Of a DNA stretch of 64,000 nucleotides, positions 47,041-59,500 are shown piece after piece; the first letter of the stretch is position 1; every line of letters starts with the position of its first letter. This stretch comes from Staphylococcus phage vB_StaM_PB50, in sequence record OR770614.1; one strand, given 5' to 3'. Both the position numbers and the translations under genes were made by a program. A model generated the notes under the pieces. It saw only the letters and a list, made by a program, of their open reading frames with translations. It ran no database searches and was not told where the DNA came from.

Positions 47041-49604
47041 TAATTTTCCTCCCTTTTGATTATTGAAATGTTAACATTGTCTTTCATTTCAATATTTTCT
47101 TTTCTGATGATCTTATCAGTTATATTTCTATTATCTAATGTATTAATCTTATCTACATATTTTGTAGTTCCAGTATATTTAATATTTCCTTCATCAATTA
47201 AATGAATACTATTTTCAAATTTATCATCCAATTTAAATAATAGACTTGTATAAATTAAATCAGTTGTATATGATTTGAATAGAGTTATCAATATAGTAAT
47301 ATAATCTCTAATAAAATTAACAACACCTACAAAATTACTATTTGTGAAGTATTGTTCTTTAAGATTAAGATGATTATCAATACTACTTACTAATTCAAAT
47401 ATTCTTTCTCTAAAAATATTTTCTCTATCAAAAACATCTTCATCATAAATTTCACTTTCAACAACTGTATAATAATACAAATCAGGTTCTTTAAATTTAA
47501 GATAATCTGAATAAGTTTTAAAACCTTTAAAAATATCATTACTAGAATTAGTTATAAATAGCTGTTTATGGAGATTAGTAAATTTTTTTCGTAAATGAGG
47601 ATCATTTGAATTATATATTAACTCTTCTAATTCTTTACGAAATTCTTCATTATATTTATACATTTCAATAATATCATAAATGTTAATAAGATCTTTATCA
47701 GAATCACTGTAAGCTAATATATCACTGATGTAAGAATTTAAAGCTGGATATCTAGTTATTTTCTTTTTAGGAGTGTATAATTTATTCTTAATTGAATAAT
47801 CTATTGATCTTCTTATAGATGTTACTAAATTATCTATATTTTCTTCATTTTTATTTTGTTTATAATCTTGATAAGATTTATCTAAAAACTTAACATTCAT
47901 AACTTTAACAAATTCATCAATATCTTTATCAATAGAATTATCTTCTATCATAATTAAATATACATCTTCTTTATTTATACGACCATCACGAATCATTACA
48001 TTTAAAAATTTTTTGTATATTTCCATAAAGTTCTTATAGTAAGATATATTTTTAAAATCAAATTCTCTTTCAGGTTTAGATATCTGTGTCCACAAATATC
48101 TCATACCATCTATAATTAAATCATTTTCAATATAGTATTCTAATTGCGTAGAACCATTTATACCGGTCATTATTTCTGAAATAAATTTAAATTGTCTTTG
48201 AGCTAAATCAGACATTTCATATTCTTTAACAATATCTTCATAGCTTAGCGTATTTCTATTTTTAAATTTCTTAATATTAAGGAAATTTAGTTCTCTAGCA
48301 AAATCAGTGTAATCTGATTTATCAAATTGTCTGGAATAAATATAACTACGAATATCATCTACGGTATCTTTAATATCTGCATTAAAATTATAACCATAAA
48401 TATTCATATTCTTATCATTCTTGATTCTATCATTCCATTTAATATAATTTATGACAAGTGTATTAAGTGTAACAATTCCATCAAAAACATTAAACTTTCT
48501 AGAACTGATTCTTGAGTTAGTCATATTAAAGCTATCATCTTCAATAATATCTTTATCTTCTTTCATTAAGTTAATTAAACTGTATAAGAATGATAAAGAT
48601 TTACTATTATTAATTATATCTATAACAGCATCGGTAGAAAGATATTTAGTTTGTATTACATTAAATGCTTTATTCATAACTTCTTCTTTAGTATTTCTCC
48701 AGTATGGATCAAGATCAATGATTTCATTATAACCGTATTGATTATCATTGTATACATCAAGATTATCATTTACATTTGTTTTATAAAACTTTAGATCATC
48801 TTCATGTTTAGCCAAATAATATTTATTAATGTCTATGGAGTTAATGGAGAATATATCTTCTATAATTGGAAATATCTCATTTGTACCTTTATTACGAATT
48901 AAATCATTTATGCGTTTGTATGTTCTTCTTTGATATTCTAAAGGGAAATCATCAAAGTAATCAAGTCCATTAGAAATGAAAGCATTCTTTAAATCTCTTT
49001 TAGTATATCTATCAACATCAAATACTCTATACATTGTTTTGTTTATATATCTATGTATAGTTGCATTAATTAAATACATATAATACATTTCTCTATAATA
49101 AACTTGATTATTAAAAGCTCTAGTATGTGTTACTTTTTTAAAATAATTAAGAGCTTCAGAATAACTTTCTAATAATAATGATTCTTCTTTTTTATCCAAT
49201 GTATGGTTACTTATTTTAATGATATCAAAATCATTTGCTGTACGTGATACATATGGATCAATATCATATATATTTTGTAATTTTCCATAGTATGGATTAC
49301 GTTCTTTATAGTTTCTTAAAATACTATCTTTATCAAATACTGAATAGTAATCATCTAAAGTGTTTTCTTTAGCTCTAATATATAAATCTGACTTCATCAT
49401 AGAATCATTTGATTCTAATCTATCTGCAAATTCTTGATCTTTTATTATTAAACCTTGACAGAATTTAACTATATCATCTAAATTTTCTATATCTTCTTCA
49501 GTAAAGGCTTTATAAAAATAAAGAGGATTGTATTTTCTTAAATCATCTTTACTGAAGTTCTTATAATCAGTGTATTCTATGGCCATTGAAATCCTCTCTT
49601 TCAT
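47040..49604 (-). CDS. large hypothetical protein (854 aa)
   Basis: Long uninterrupted ORF, N/K/Y/D-rich. Begins after a 490-bp AT-rich divergent intergenic region. No diagnostic motif. Confidence 0.55.
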   Translation of the reverse strand: MKERISMAIEYTDYKNFSKDDLRKYNPLYFYKAFTEEDIENLDDIVKFCQGLIIKDQEFADRLESNDSMMKSDLYIRAKENTLDDYYSVFDKDSILRNYKERNPYYGKLQNIYDIDPYVSRTANDFDIIKISNHTLDKKEESLLLESYSEALNYFKKVTHTRAFNNQVYYREMYYMYLINATIHRYINKTMYRVFDVDRYTKRDLKNAFISNGLDYFDDFPLEYQRRTYKRINDLIRNKGTNEIFPIIEDIFSINSIDINKYYLAKHEDDLKFYKTNVNDNLDVYNDNQYGYNEIIDLDPYWRNTKEEVMNKAFNVIQTKYLSTDAVIDIINNSKSLSFLYSLINLMKEDKDIIEDDSFNMTNSRISSRKFNVFDGIVTLNTLVINYIKWNDRIKNDKNMNIYGYNFNADIKDTVDDIRSYIYSRQFDKSDYTDFARELNFLNIKKFKNRNTLSYEDIVKEYEMSDLAQRQFKFISEIMTGINGSTQLEYYIENDLIIDGMRYLWTQISKPEREFDFKNISYYKNFMEIYKKFLNVMIRDGRINKEDVYLIMIEDNSIDKDIDEFVKVMNVKFLDKSYQDYKQNKNEENIDNLVTSIRRSIDYSIKNKLYTPKKKITRYPALNSYISDILAYSDSDKDLINIYDIIEMYKYNEEFRKELEELIYNSNDPHLRKKFTNLHKQLFITNSSNDIFKGFKTYSDYLKFKEPDLYYYTVVESEIYDEDVFDRENIFRERIFELVSSIDNHLNLKEQYFTNSNFVGVVNFIRDYITILITLFKSYTTDLIYTSLLFKLDDKFENSIHLIDEGNIKYTGTTKYVDKINTLDNRNITDKIIRKENIEMKDNVNISIIKREEN

Positions 49605-50096
49605 TTATTTTTCTTAATATTTAGTTGTTACTTGAGAATTTATATTTTTATCAAATAAAAAATAATATATTATTATATTTCTATCAAAATATAATAATAT
49701 ATTTATTATGATTTTTAATTTTTTATATTAAAATTGGTATTAATAAATATATTAAATTAAAAATTATAATGAAATTCATACAAATAAAATTAACTTAATA
49801 ATATATTAATGAAGATTATTAAAATTAAAGAAATGAAATATTTATACAAATTTTTTTAGAAAATCTCCAGAATATATTATTATATTTTTAATATAAAATT
49901 ATATAAATAATAAATAAATATTTTTTAGGGGAATAATTTTTAAAATTTTCTTTAATTTTAATTAATATTATAAAAAATAATAGTAATTAAAAATATTATT
50001 AAAAATAAATTAATATATTAAATTTAATAAAAGAAAATTTCAAAGAAAAAGTAATAATGAATTTGATATTAATTAATAAAAAGGAATTGAATAAAA

Positions 50097-50732
50097 ATGG
50101 ATAATAAAAATATTGATATAAAATTCAATAACTTAAATAATAAAAAAGTAAAGTTAAATAAAAATAATAAGATCAATAATGTATTAATAAAAAAAGATTC
50201 TAATAATAATACAATATTAGTAAATAAACAAAGTAAGTTTCAAATATCAAGTTTATACTTTGAAATAGAATCAGAAAATAGTTTAAAGAAATTCATCAAG
50301 AATGTAGAAGGATTAGTAAGAAGATCAAATGAATATAAGAAATATTTATCAATATTAAAAGAAGGATACAATTTGAAAAATGATATAATAATGTCAAATA
50401 TTACAGAAGATATGGCAACTACAGAATATCATCACTTTCCTTTTACTCTTTATGAAATTGTTGAAATTGTTACAAATAAAGCTATCATGGAAGATGAACA
50501 GTTTACATCAATAGATATAGCTGAAAGAGTTTTAAAATTACATTTTGAGAATAAAGTAGGATTAGTATTATTAACAAAAACAAATCATCAATTAGCTCAT
50601 GCAGGTAAGATTATAATACCATTATCATCAATATTTGGTAAAGTAAATGAATTTGTAAGTTATTATAAAGACTATATACTTGATCATCAAATAGAACAGT
50701 ATAATGAACTTATAGAAGCTTCAGATATATAA
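50097..50732 (+). CDS. hypothetical protein
   Basis: 211-aa ORF, first gene transcribed rightward from the AT-rich divergent region. Confidence 0.45.
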   Translation: MDNKNIDIKFNNLNNKKVKLNKNNKINNVLIKKDSNNNTILVNKQSKFQISSLYFEIESENSLKKFIKNVEGLVRRSNEYKKYLSILKEGYNLKNDIIMSNITEDMATTEYHHFPFTLYEIVEIVTNKAIMEDEQFTSIDIAERVLKLHFENKVGLVLLTKTNHQLAHAGKIIIPLSSIFGKVNEFVSYYKDYILDHQIEQYNELIEASDI

Positions 50733-50815
50733 ATTTTTAATATTTATTTTAAATATATATTATATAAATGTAAATCATTAAAGATTTATATATTATATAA
50801 AAATTAGGAGATGAA

Positions 50816-51607
50816 ATGGATATGACAGAAGAAGCTTTAATCAAGGCTATATATTTATTTAAGGAAGATAAGAAAGATATTGAAATTGATATAGCTAAAA
50901 ATATTATGGATGAACTTAAAGAAGAGGATAATCGAAAAGAATTTGATGATTTAGAAAGAAGATTAATCAATATTGAAGATACAAAAACATTTAGAGATTT
51001 TTATAGTTTTAAAATGATTAGAAGAAAATCAGATTTTATTAAAGGAATTGCTTTTGATAATTTTAATGATTTCTTTTTAGATAGTTTAGAACTTAATAAA
51101 GATTATAACTTTGCTAAAAATATATTTGAATTTTTAACAATCTTAAGAAAACAAGATAAATCAGAAATGTTTCCAGATGGAAAAGAAAATATTGAAGATA
51201 GATTAATTGCATTAATGTCTAGTTATATTACAGAAGAATATAATAAGAAATATAATTTAAATTATTATAATATATACAATATTATGGTAGCTACTTATAT
51301 TGATATGTATATTTTCTTCTATAAAGAAGAATTAATGAACGGTAATAATATTTTAGAATTAAAAGAAGAATCTAATGAAATTAAATTATTCTCTGAAAGT
51401 TATATTAATGATTTCTTAAATGAATCTATAAAAGCTACAGAAATATTTGATGAAATTAATAGTAGTATATTAAAGAATTTTCCACCACAAGTTAAACCTG
51501 ATATTAATAGTTTACTACATGAAATTAAGAAACAAGCAAGTAAAATTGCTAATGAAAATAATGTAGACATGTCACTAGTAAATACTCTAATTGAATATAA
51601 AAAATAA
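50816..51607 (+). CDS. hypothetical protein
   Basis: 263-aa ORF with RBS 'aggagatgaaatgg'. Confidence 0.45.
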   Translation: MDMTEEALIKAIYLFKEDKKDIEIDIAKNIMDELKEEDNRKEFDDLERRLINIEDTKTFRDFYSFKMIRRKSDFIKGIAFDNFNDFFLDSLELNKDYNFAKNIFEFLTILRKQDKSEMFPDGKENIEDRLIALMSSYITEEYNKKYNLNYYNIYNIMVATYIDMYIFFYKEELMNGNNILELKEESNEIKLFSESYINDFLNESIKATEIFDEINSSILKNFPPQVKPDINSLLHEIKKQASKIANENNVDMSLVNTLIEYKK

Positions 51608-51665
51608 TTAATAAAATTGAGGTAATGATCATTAATTTGATCATTACCTCTAATATTTTTTTTTT

Positions 51666-52928
51666 CTAAAAAATATCCATTTTGTGAATATCTTTTTTTC
51701 TTCCTTGATTAATTAATTCGTTAATCATATTAATCTTTCTCATATCTGCATATAATACAAGTGTATGAACTACATTAGACTGTGGTTCTTTAACAATCAA
51801 TTCGAAATTATCATAGTCAATATAAAATTCACTTTTATCCATAGGTTTATTATTTCTGAATAATTTGAATTCAATAATTTTTTCTATATTTCCACCAATT
51901 TTATTAATTTCTTTAATAGATTTTATTATGTCTTTATCCATTATAGACTCTATTGGAGTACTATCAAATTTAACATTCATTTCAGTATTGAAATTTCTTT
52001 CAAGTAATAATTTCATTCCTCTATCATTTTCTTTAGGAATCATATCTTGTAAAATAGCAATATCAAATTGTAATATATCTTCACCAGGATTTTCTATCTC
52101 TCTTTGAATATTAAAGTCTTCTTCAATTTCTAATATATAACTACCAGGTACCCATAATTCAGCAGATATTGCATATTTAACTGCACTCTGTTTATTTATT
52201 AAGTTACTTATTTCATTTTCATAATTAACTAAATCTGGATAATTTAAAAGTATATTAGTTGTAAAATCGTAAGTATATTTCTCTTTACCATTGGCTAAAT
52301 TTTTTTTGTTAGTTATTGGACCTAATCCATTAGACATCATATAATCATTTAACTTAAGTCTATCTTCATTGTTATTAATATCTAAATTTAATTTCTTACA
52401 TATATTTACAATAAATATTTCTGGTAATTGTGTTGGTATTCTTATTTCATTTGCAAAATTATATCCACCAGATTCAAAAGTTTGATTAATATGATTAAGA
52501 GTATTCCAAGCACCCATTTGTGTTTGCAATAATATACCATAATTAAATACTATTTTATATCTTTGAGGTACCATGAATATTCTTATACCTCTTGTATCAT
52601 CTTCAAATATCATTCTATAATTTCTTTTTAAATTCTTCATTACAAATCTATCTGTTTTATGCCACATCGGTAAACTAGACATAAAACCATCGCCTAATTC
52701 AAATTGTGTAGTCATAGCTAAATGAGGATATCCCTTTTTTAAATTCTTCATATCTTTTAAAGAATTTGAATTCAAAGCTGTACTTACATAAGTTGAAGCA
52801 AAAAAATTGCTAGGGAACATTGATTTAAAATAATTCCACATAAATGACTGTACACCACTTATGACACTTGATAATGAAGGCGATGCAGTACACATTGAAT
52901 AATTACTATTTTCTCCTAATTGAGGCAT
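51666..52928 (-). CDS. hypothetical protein (420 aa)
   Basis: Long ORF convergent with the upstream plus-strand genes. No motif. Confidence 0.5.
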   Translation of the reverse strand: MPQLGENSNYSMCTASPSLSSVISGVQSFMWNYFKSMFPSNFFASTYVSTALNSNSLKDMKNLKKGYPHLAMTTQFELGDGFMSSLPMWHKTDRFVMKNLKRNYRMIFEDDTRGIRIFMVPQRYKIVFNYGILLQTQMGAWNTLNHINQTFESGGYNFANEIRIPTQLPEIFIVNICKKLNLDINNNEDRLKLNDYMMSNGLGPITNKKNLANGKEKYTYDFTTNILLNYPDLVNYENEISNLINKQSAVKYAISAELWVPGSYILEIEEDFNIQREIENPGEDILQFDIAILQDMIPKENDRGMKLLLERNFNTEMNVKFDSTPIESIMDKDIIKSIKEINKIGGNIEKIIEFKLFRNNKPMDKSEFYIDYDNFELIVKEPQSNVVHTLVLYADMRKINMINELINQGRKKDIHKMDIF

Positions 52929-53039
52929 ATATTTACCTACTTTCTATTATCATTATAATAATAAAAATGTTGAGTAATTTTTTAAAGTGCATTATTAACT
53001 TTTATTATATATTATTAAAAATGAAGGAGAAATTTAAAA

Positions 53040-53459
53040 ATGACTGAAACAATTGAAAGAGTAAAAATTAAAAATAAAGATCTTAATAAAGTACATGAAA
53101 TTCTTTTCAATATCCCATTAAATGGTAATAAATCTAGACATCGTACTAAATTTATTAATAATATTAAAGAAGCTCATGAAGAGTTTGCTAAAGATAGAGA
53201 AGAAATGATAAATGAATTTTCTAAAAAAGATAGTGAAGGAAATTCAATTCAAGATCCTAATGATCCTAATAGTATTATTCTTAATATTCAAGAATTTCCA
53301 AACGCTAAAGAAGATATACTTGCTATTGATGTTGAATATGCGTATATTCCTGTAAAAGATAGAGAAATATTATTAAATATTATCGATGGAATGGAAACTC
53401 AATTATCAGGAGAAACTGCAATTATTATTGATAGTGTAGCAGAGCAGTTAGAAGATTAA
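53040..53459 (+). CDS. hypothetical protein
   Basis: 139-aa ORF with RBS 'aaggagaaatttaaaaatg'. Confidence 0.45.
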   Translation: MTETIERVKIKNKDLNKVHEILFNIPLNGNKSRHRTKFINNIKEAHEEFAKDREEMINEFSKKDSEGNSIQDPNDPNSIILNIQEFPNAKEDILAIDVEYAYIPVKDREILLNIIDGMETQLSGETAIIIDSVAEQLED

Positions 53460-53503
53460 TAAAACACATTAATATCAATAAGACGGAAGGATGGTGAAAA
53501 AAT

Positions 53504-56500
53504 TTGATTAGTATTCTAGATAAAGAACGTAAAAGAATTGAAGGTAAATTAGTTGCAGAAACTTTTGAAAATGTAATCTCTAGTGAGAAATTAGTATATG
53601 ATTTTAGTAAGAAAACTGAAATTATTGATATTGAATTCAAAAGTAAAAACTACATTTCAGAAAATACACATATAATTATTAAAGATGAAAGTAAGAATGA
53701 TTCTGAATTTGTTTGTATCGAAGAAAATGGTTTAAAATCTTCGTTAATTCCTGCTTATGTAAAAGATTTAAATAATGTCTTTATGAATTCTAATGAAGAA
53801 TTAAATGGACAATTAAAATCAGTATTAAGCACTTTATTATTGAATACAGGATATAATATTGAGTATAATGATTTAGTCGTTGATGAAGAAATTACTTTAT
53901 CTAAAAATAATAAATCTGTATTTGAAAAATTATTGGATATTGTATTTGAAAAAGATCTGTCTATTAGACATAAGTATGATATTAATACAAATGAAAGAAC
54001 TTTAATAATTAATAAAGGTAAAGATTTAAGAAAATCTAATCCTAAAGAAGTTTCTGGTAGAATTCCTGGTTTTGAATTTAATGTAGATAAATCAAATATT
54101 AAAACTGGTTTAATCATGTATAATGATAATAATGAATCTATTACTGTTAAAGACTCATTAAACCAAGCTAGATTTATTAAAGATGAAAATTATATATTTG
54201 ACACTATGGAAGTTAAAGGGAAAACTAGAGATGAAATGGAAGAGATTGCTTCTAAATACCTTAATGACAGTTCTTTGAATGCTATAGATTTAAAAATGAC
54301 TGGTTTAGTATTAAGAAATTGGACTAACTGTCATTATAATAAATTTATATCAAGTCAAATATTCATCAATTATAAAAATATAAAACCTGAGCTAACAGCA
54401 GGTTTCCAAATATATAAATTAGAGAGAAGTTTATTCGATTATAATATAGAGAAATTTAACTTCTTTGCTAAGCATAAAGATTCTAATGAAGTTTATAAAC
54501 CTGAAATGTTAGAGAATTATACTAAATACGCTAATGATAACATCTTTATTAAAGACAATACATCTTCTAAAAGTAATGATGTTAAATTAGTTGAATCTTT
54601 AGTTAATAAACAATTAGAGTCATTTAAAAATTATATTAATGATATTAGCAATAATAAAAATAGTGGTACAGATGGATCAAGTGTATTACAATCAAATAAA
54701 GAACTTAACTTTGATGCTATTATTTCTGATTTTAATTTAATTAAATCTCAAAAAGATCAAGTTGTTAACCAATTAAAATCTATATTTGATTCAGCTTATC
54801 TTAAAGAAGATGCAATTAAAATTCAGGTTAGAGATAAAATTAAAGAAATTAATAATGACTTTGATAAAATAAAATCTGAAGTCAATAAACTTAATAGAGC
54901 TGATCAGAATGAATCATTAATGAAAGATATTAATAAATCATTTGTAGGATTTTATTCTGTAGTTAATAGCACTAAAAGTATTATTGAATTATCTAATGAA
55001 GCTATTAACTTAGAAATGAATAAACTTCAAAATGAATATTCTCATGGTATTAAAGATACTGTATTTTCTGAAATTGGAAGAGTTTTAGGATTATCATATG
55101 ATAGTAAAACTCAAAAATTAACAGGAAATATCAATGTAACTGAGGATATCAATGAAGTAAAAACTTCTTTAGAATTAATGAGAGTAAAAGTTAATAGAAT
55201 TGAAAATGATCTTAATGACTCTGATAGAGGATTGAAAGAAAATTTAATTCGATTAACAGAAAATCTATCAAATGTACTAGGCTTACCTATTAACTCTGAA
55301 TCTGGTTTAATAGATGGAGCTATAGATAATCAAGATACGTTTGATCTTATCCAAAAACAGATTCAAAAAACTAAAGATGAAATTGCTGAATCTAAAGTTA
55401 ACTTAGAAAATACTAAAACAGAATTAGAAAAACAACAAGAAGAATTAGACCAAAAATCTAAAGATATAGATAAAGCTATGGCTGAAGCTAATAGGGTTAG
55501 AGAAGATTTAGGTCAAGAATTAGAAGTTTCTCAAAAAGAGTTTAATTACTATATGGATTCTCGTGGAGATAACTTAATTTTTAATGGTAATGCAGATCAA
55601 GGAGATGAATCAAATTTCCCTGGAATGTATTACGATAATTCAGATGCCTTTCAATCAGCAGCTTCATTTAGAATAGAAGGATTTAACTCTATTGTTTCTT
55701 CTGAAAGATTAATACCGATTAATCCAGAGAAGACATACAAACTTTCTATGTTTATGAAGAATAACAATTCTCTTCCTTCTTCTATAGGTCATTTAAGTTA
55801 TGATAAAGATGGACAATTAATAGAATCTCAACATGTAATGGGTAGTGAAAAACCTGTAATTGAATTAGCTCAAGAATTAAGACAAGGAGATAAAGTTATT
55901 TATTTCAATAGTCTTGATGGTCTTGATGATACTTATAGATTCCAGTCTGCTCCGTTAGATGAAGAAGATGACACTCCTGTTTATGATTATGATAGAGATG
56001 GATCAGTTGTATTACCTAGTGATGCAGATGATATTCTTTCTATAGATGATCCTAATGCCATTCCTGATGAAGAAGAAGACACTATAATATATGCAGAGGA
56101 CACGCCTGAAGAAGATAAAACTACAGAACCTGATGTTCCTATGCCTGATTCTGATGAGCCGGTTGAAACTAATTCAACTCCAGTAGATGAAGAAGAAGCT
56201 ATTAAGAATATGACTAATAATTATAATGTGTCTAATGCTGGAATTGTTAATAGAAATATTAATCCTAATTTAACGGATTATAACGATAATCATTCATTAG
56301 TTATTTGGAATTTCAAGAGTAATGATGGATATAATTATGGTGAATCTACTTATTCTAGAAATGTATTCATGAATGGTTGGGATTATGGTGCTATTGATAG
56401 AGAAAATAATTGTATTTATCTTAATAGACCTTTTGATTTAATTAATTATGATTCTGAAGATGGAGGTTTCCCTGCTGGAACTAAAGTTTCAGGAACATTC

Positions 56501-59500
56501 ACTGATAGTAATGTTGAATGGTCTTTAATTAAAGATGAAGATATCCCTAATGAAGATCAAGATGATGATCCTGAAGAATTTAATGGATGGTATCACCGTC
56601 AATCCTTAATAACTAAAGAAAATATTAGAGGTACTAATGGCTTCTTATATGGTGCTTTCTATATGACATTATACTTTAAAGTAAACCAAATAGAAGATTC
56701 GGATGTTATTGAATTTGAAGATGGATCTAGTGAGCCTAAATTTTGGTTAACTAATATGGAAATGTATGATGTTACAGGTTTAGAATCTGTTAAGAAAACT
56801 GTTATAGATACTAATGAATTAGTAGCTACTATGATGACTAAAAAAGAAATGGATGATTATCGTAAACAGGTAGTCGAAGGTTTCTCTGAAGTTAGTCAAA
56901 CTGTAGATATGATTCGTCAAGAAGTTTCTAAGAAAATAGAAGATTTAGATGATAAAGTAATGACAGATATTACATCCAGAATAGAAACTATAGCAGGACA
57001 GATAGATTTAGTTTCTGAATCACAAAAAGTTGATAAAGAAGAATTAGAAAAACAGATTGGTCAAATAAAAATTGAAACTGACAAAATTACATCATTGGTG
57101 CAAAGAATAGACACAGCTGAAGATAATTACAGTGATTTATCAACTAAAGTAGAACAGCTTGATAGCAGCTATACGATTACAGCAGAAAAGGTTGAAAAAC
57201 AGGGAACTGACATAACAGATCTTTCTGGAAAATTAACAGTTGCGAATAATGCTATAACTCAAGAAGTTAAAGATAGAAAATCTGCAGTTGATGATGCCAT
57301 TGAATCTTCTAAAGCATTAGTTAAAGTTGAAGCTGATAGAATTACTAATTTAGTATCCAAACAAGAATCTACGGATGATACAATATCTAATTTAGAAACT
57401 AGTATTACTGCTGAAATAGGTAAAATAGAAAATAAAGTCACTAATGAAACTAGTGTAGAAGCACTGTCTAATAAGATTAAAATTGGTGGAAATAATTTAT
57501 TAGTAGGTACTGAAAAATTTGATTTGCCTTTTAATAAGACAAGCTTCAGTAGATATGGTGGAATAATCAAAGATGGAATTGGATATTCACTAGATTATAA
57601 TACTGAATCTAACCGATTAGCATGGAGTATATTCCAGAACGTAGATGTAATTCCTAATACAGATTATGTATTAAGTTATAATGCACATAATAAAGAAGGA
57701 ATTACTCAAGGAATTGCATATACTCCTATAATGAGATTAACTGATGATGGTAAAATTTTCGATTCTTTAGAGTATATTATAACTAGTGATACTTATCGAG
57801 AAACTAAAGAAGATATTGACAATCGATATGTAGTTAAATTTAATACAGGTAAAAGTAGAAAAATAAGAATTTACTTTACCTCTAAAGATGTAGATAGTTT
57901 AGCTTACATTTCTAAACCTCAATTAGAATTAGGTAATATTGCTACCGATTGGGGTTTATCTAAGGGAGATCTTGAAGACAGATTTAACAAAGCTGAAACT
58001 AGAATTACTCAGACTGAAGAAGATATTACTCTAAACGCTACTAAATTAACCGAAACTGGTAATCTAATTGAAAAAAATTATTCTGAACTTAAAGTGGAAA
58101 CAGATAAAATTAGTAGTATTGTAAGTGAACAGAAAATATTAGATGATAAAATTTCCGCTAATACTTCTAGCATTAAACAGTTACCTAATCAAATTACTAG
58201 TCAAGTTTCTGCTGTAGAAAAAAGAGTTAATGAGAATATTAATAATATTCAAATTGGTGGAAGAAACTTATTATTGGATAGTTTGAATAAAACAATCTTT
58301 AAACCTAATAATAAAGGATTAGGAATTCCAACAAAAAATAGTGATAATTCTTGGAATTTAACTCCAGACTCAGATAAATCTATTAGTTCTTATTATTTTA
58401 TAAGAGATTCCAATTCAAATGACATAACTTCTGTTGAAATGAAAACTAATGTATGGTATACTTTTTCAATTGATTTAATATTACCTAAAGATTTAAAAGT
58501 TGAAATTGGAATTAATAGTGATGGTATATCCAGACCAGAAGGTATATCTTCTAAATACGATTATCATAATATTAAAGCCAATGAAAGAACAAGAATAGGT
58601 TTTACGTTTAAATGGATTGATAAAAATATAATTGAAAATATTCCAATTATAATACGTCTTAATGAAAGTAACTCTATTGGTATACCTATAATTTATGATA
58701 AAGCTAAATTAGAATATGGTAATAAAGCCACTGATTGGTCTCCAGCACCTGAAGATATTGAAACTAGATTAGTTGCAAGTGAAACTCGTATAACTCAAAC
58801 TGAGAAGGATATAAGTTTAAATGCTTCTTCTATTACGACATTAGATAATAAAACTACTAATCAATACAGTACACTTAAAGTTGAAACTGATAAAATTAGT
58901 GGTATTGTTAGTAAACAAGAAGAAATGGATGATAAAATTGCCACTAATACTTCTAGCATTAAACAGTTACCTAATCAAATAACATCACAAGTTTCTGCAG
59001 TAGAAAAAAGAGTTAATGAGAATATCAATAATATTCAAGTAGGTGGAAGAAACTTATTAGAAAACAGTTTATCTTGGAATAAAGGTTTTGAAGATAATTC
59101 AAATGGTTCCTATAAATATTTATGGAGAATTTATATTGATGAATTATTGAATAAAGTGGATATCGGAGATGAAATTTCTATATCATTTGATTTACAAATG
59201 GAACGTGGAGATGTTTTCAGAATATATGATAGTGTAGTAGATCCAGGAATGTCTATTGGTAGTGATACAATAACTAATGTTGGTAATAAAAAATTTAAAT
59301 ATAAATATACTTCTAAAATAACTAAGACTTCTGGAGATAACACTAGATGGGCTATATATGCTTATAATAATAATAATGGAGATAAATTCTCCATTGAAAA
59401 TATTAAAATAGAAAAAGGTAATAAAGCTACTGACTGGACACCTGCTCCTGAAGATATTGAGACTTCAATATCAACTGTATCTTCTAAAATAGATCAGAAA

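Noticed and set aside
53868-53890. 'tttagtcgttgatgaag' resembling the intron R element inside the giant fibre gene.
   Set aside because: Only a partial match (no 'gttcaacgactaaa', no flanking P/Q/S elements). The reading frame is continuous, so the resemblance is coincidental.
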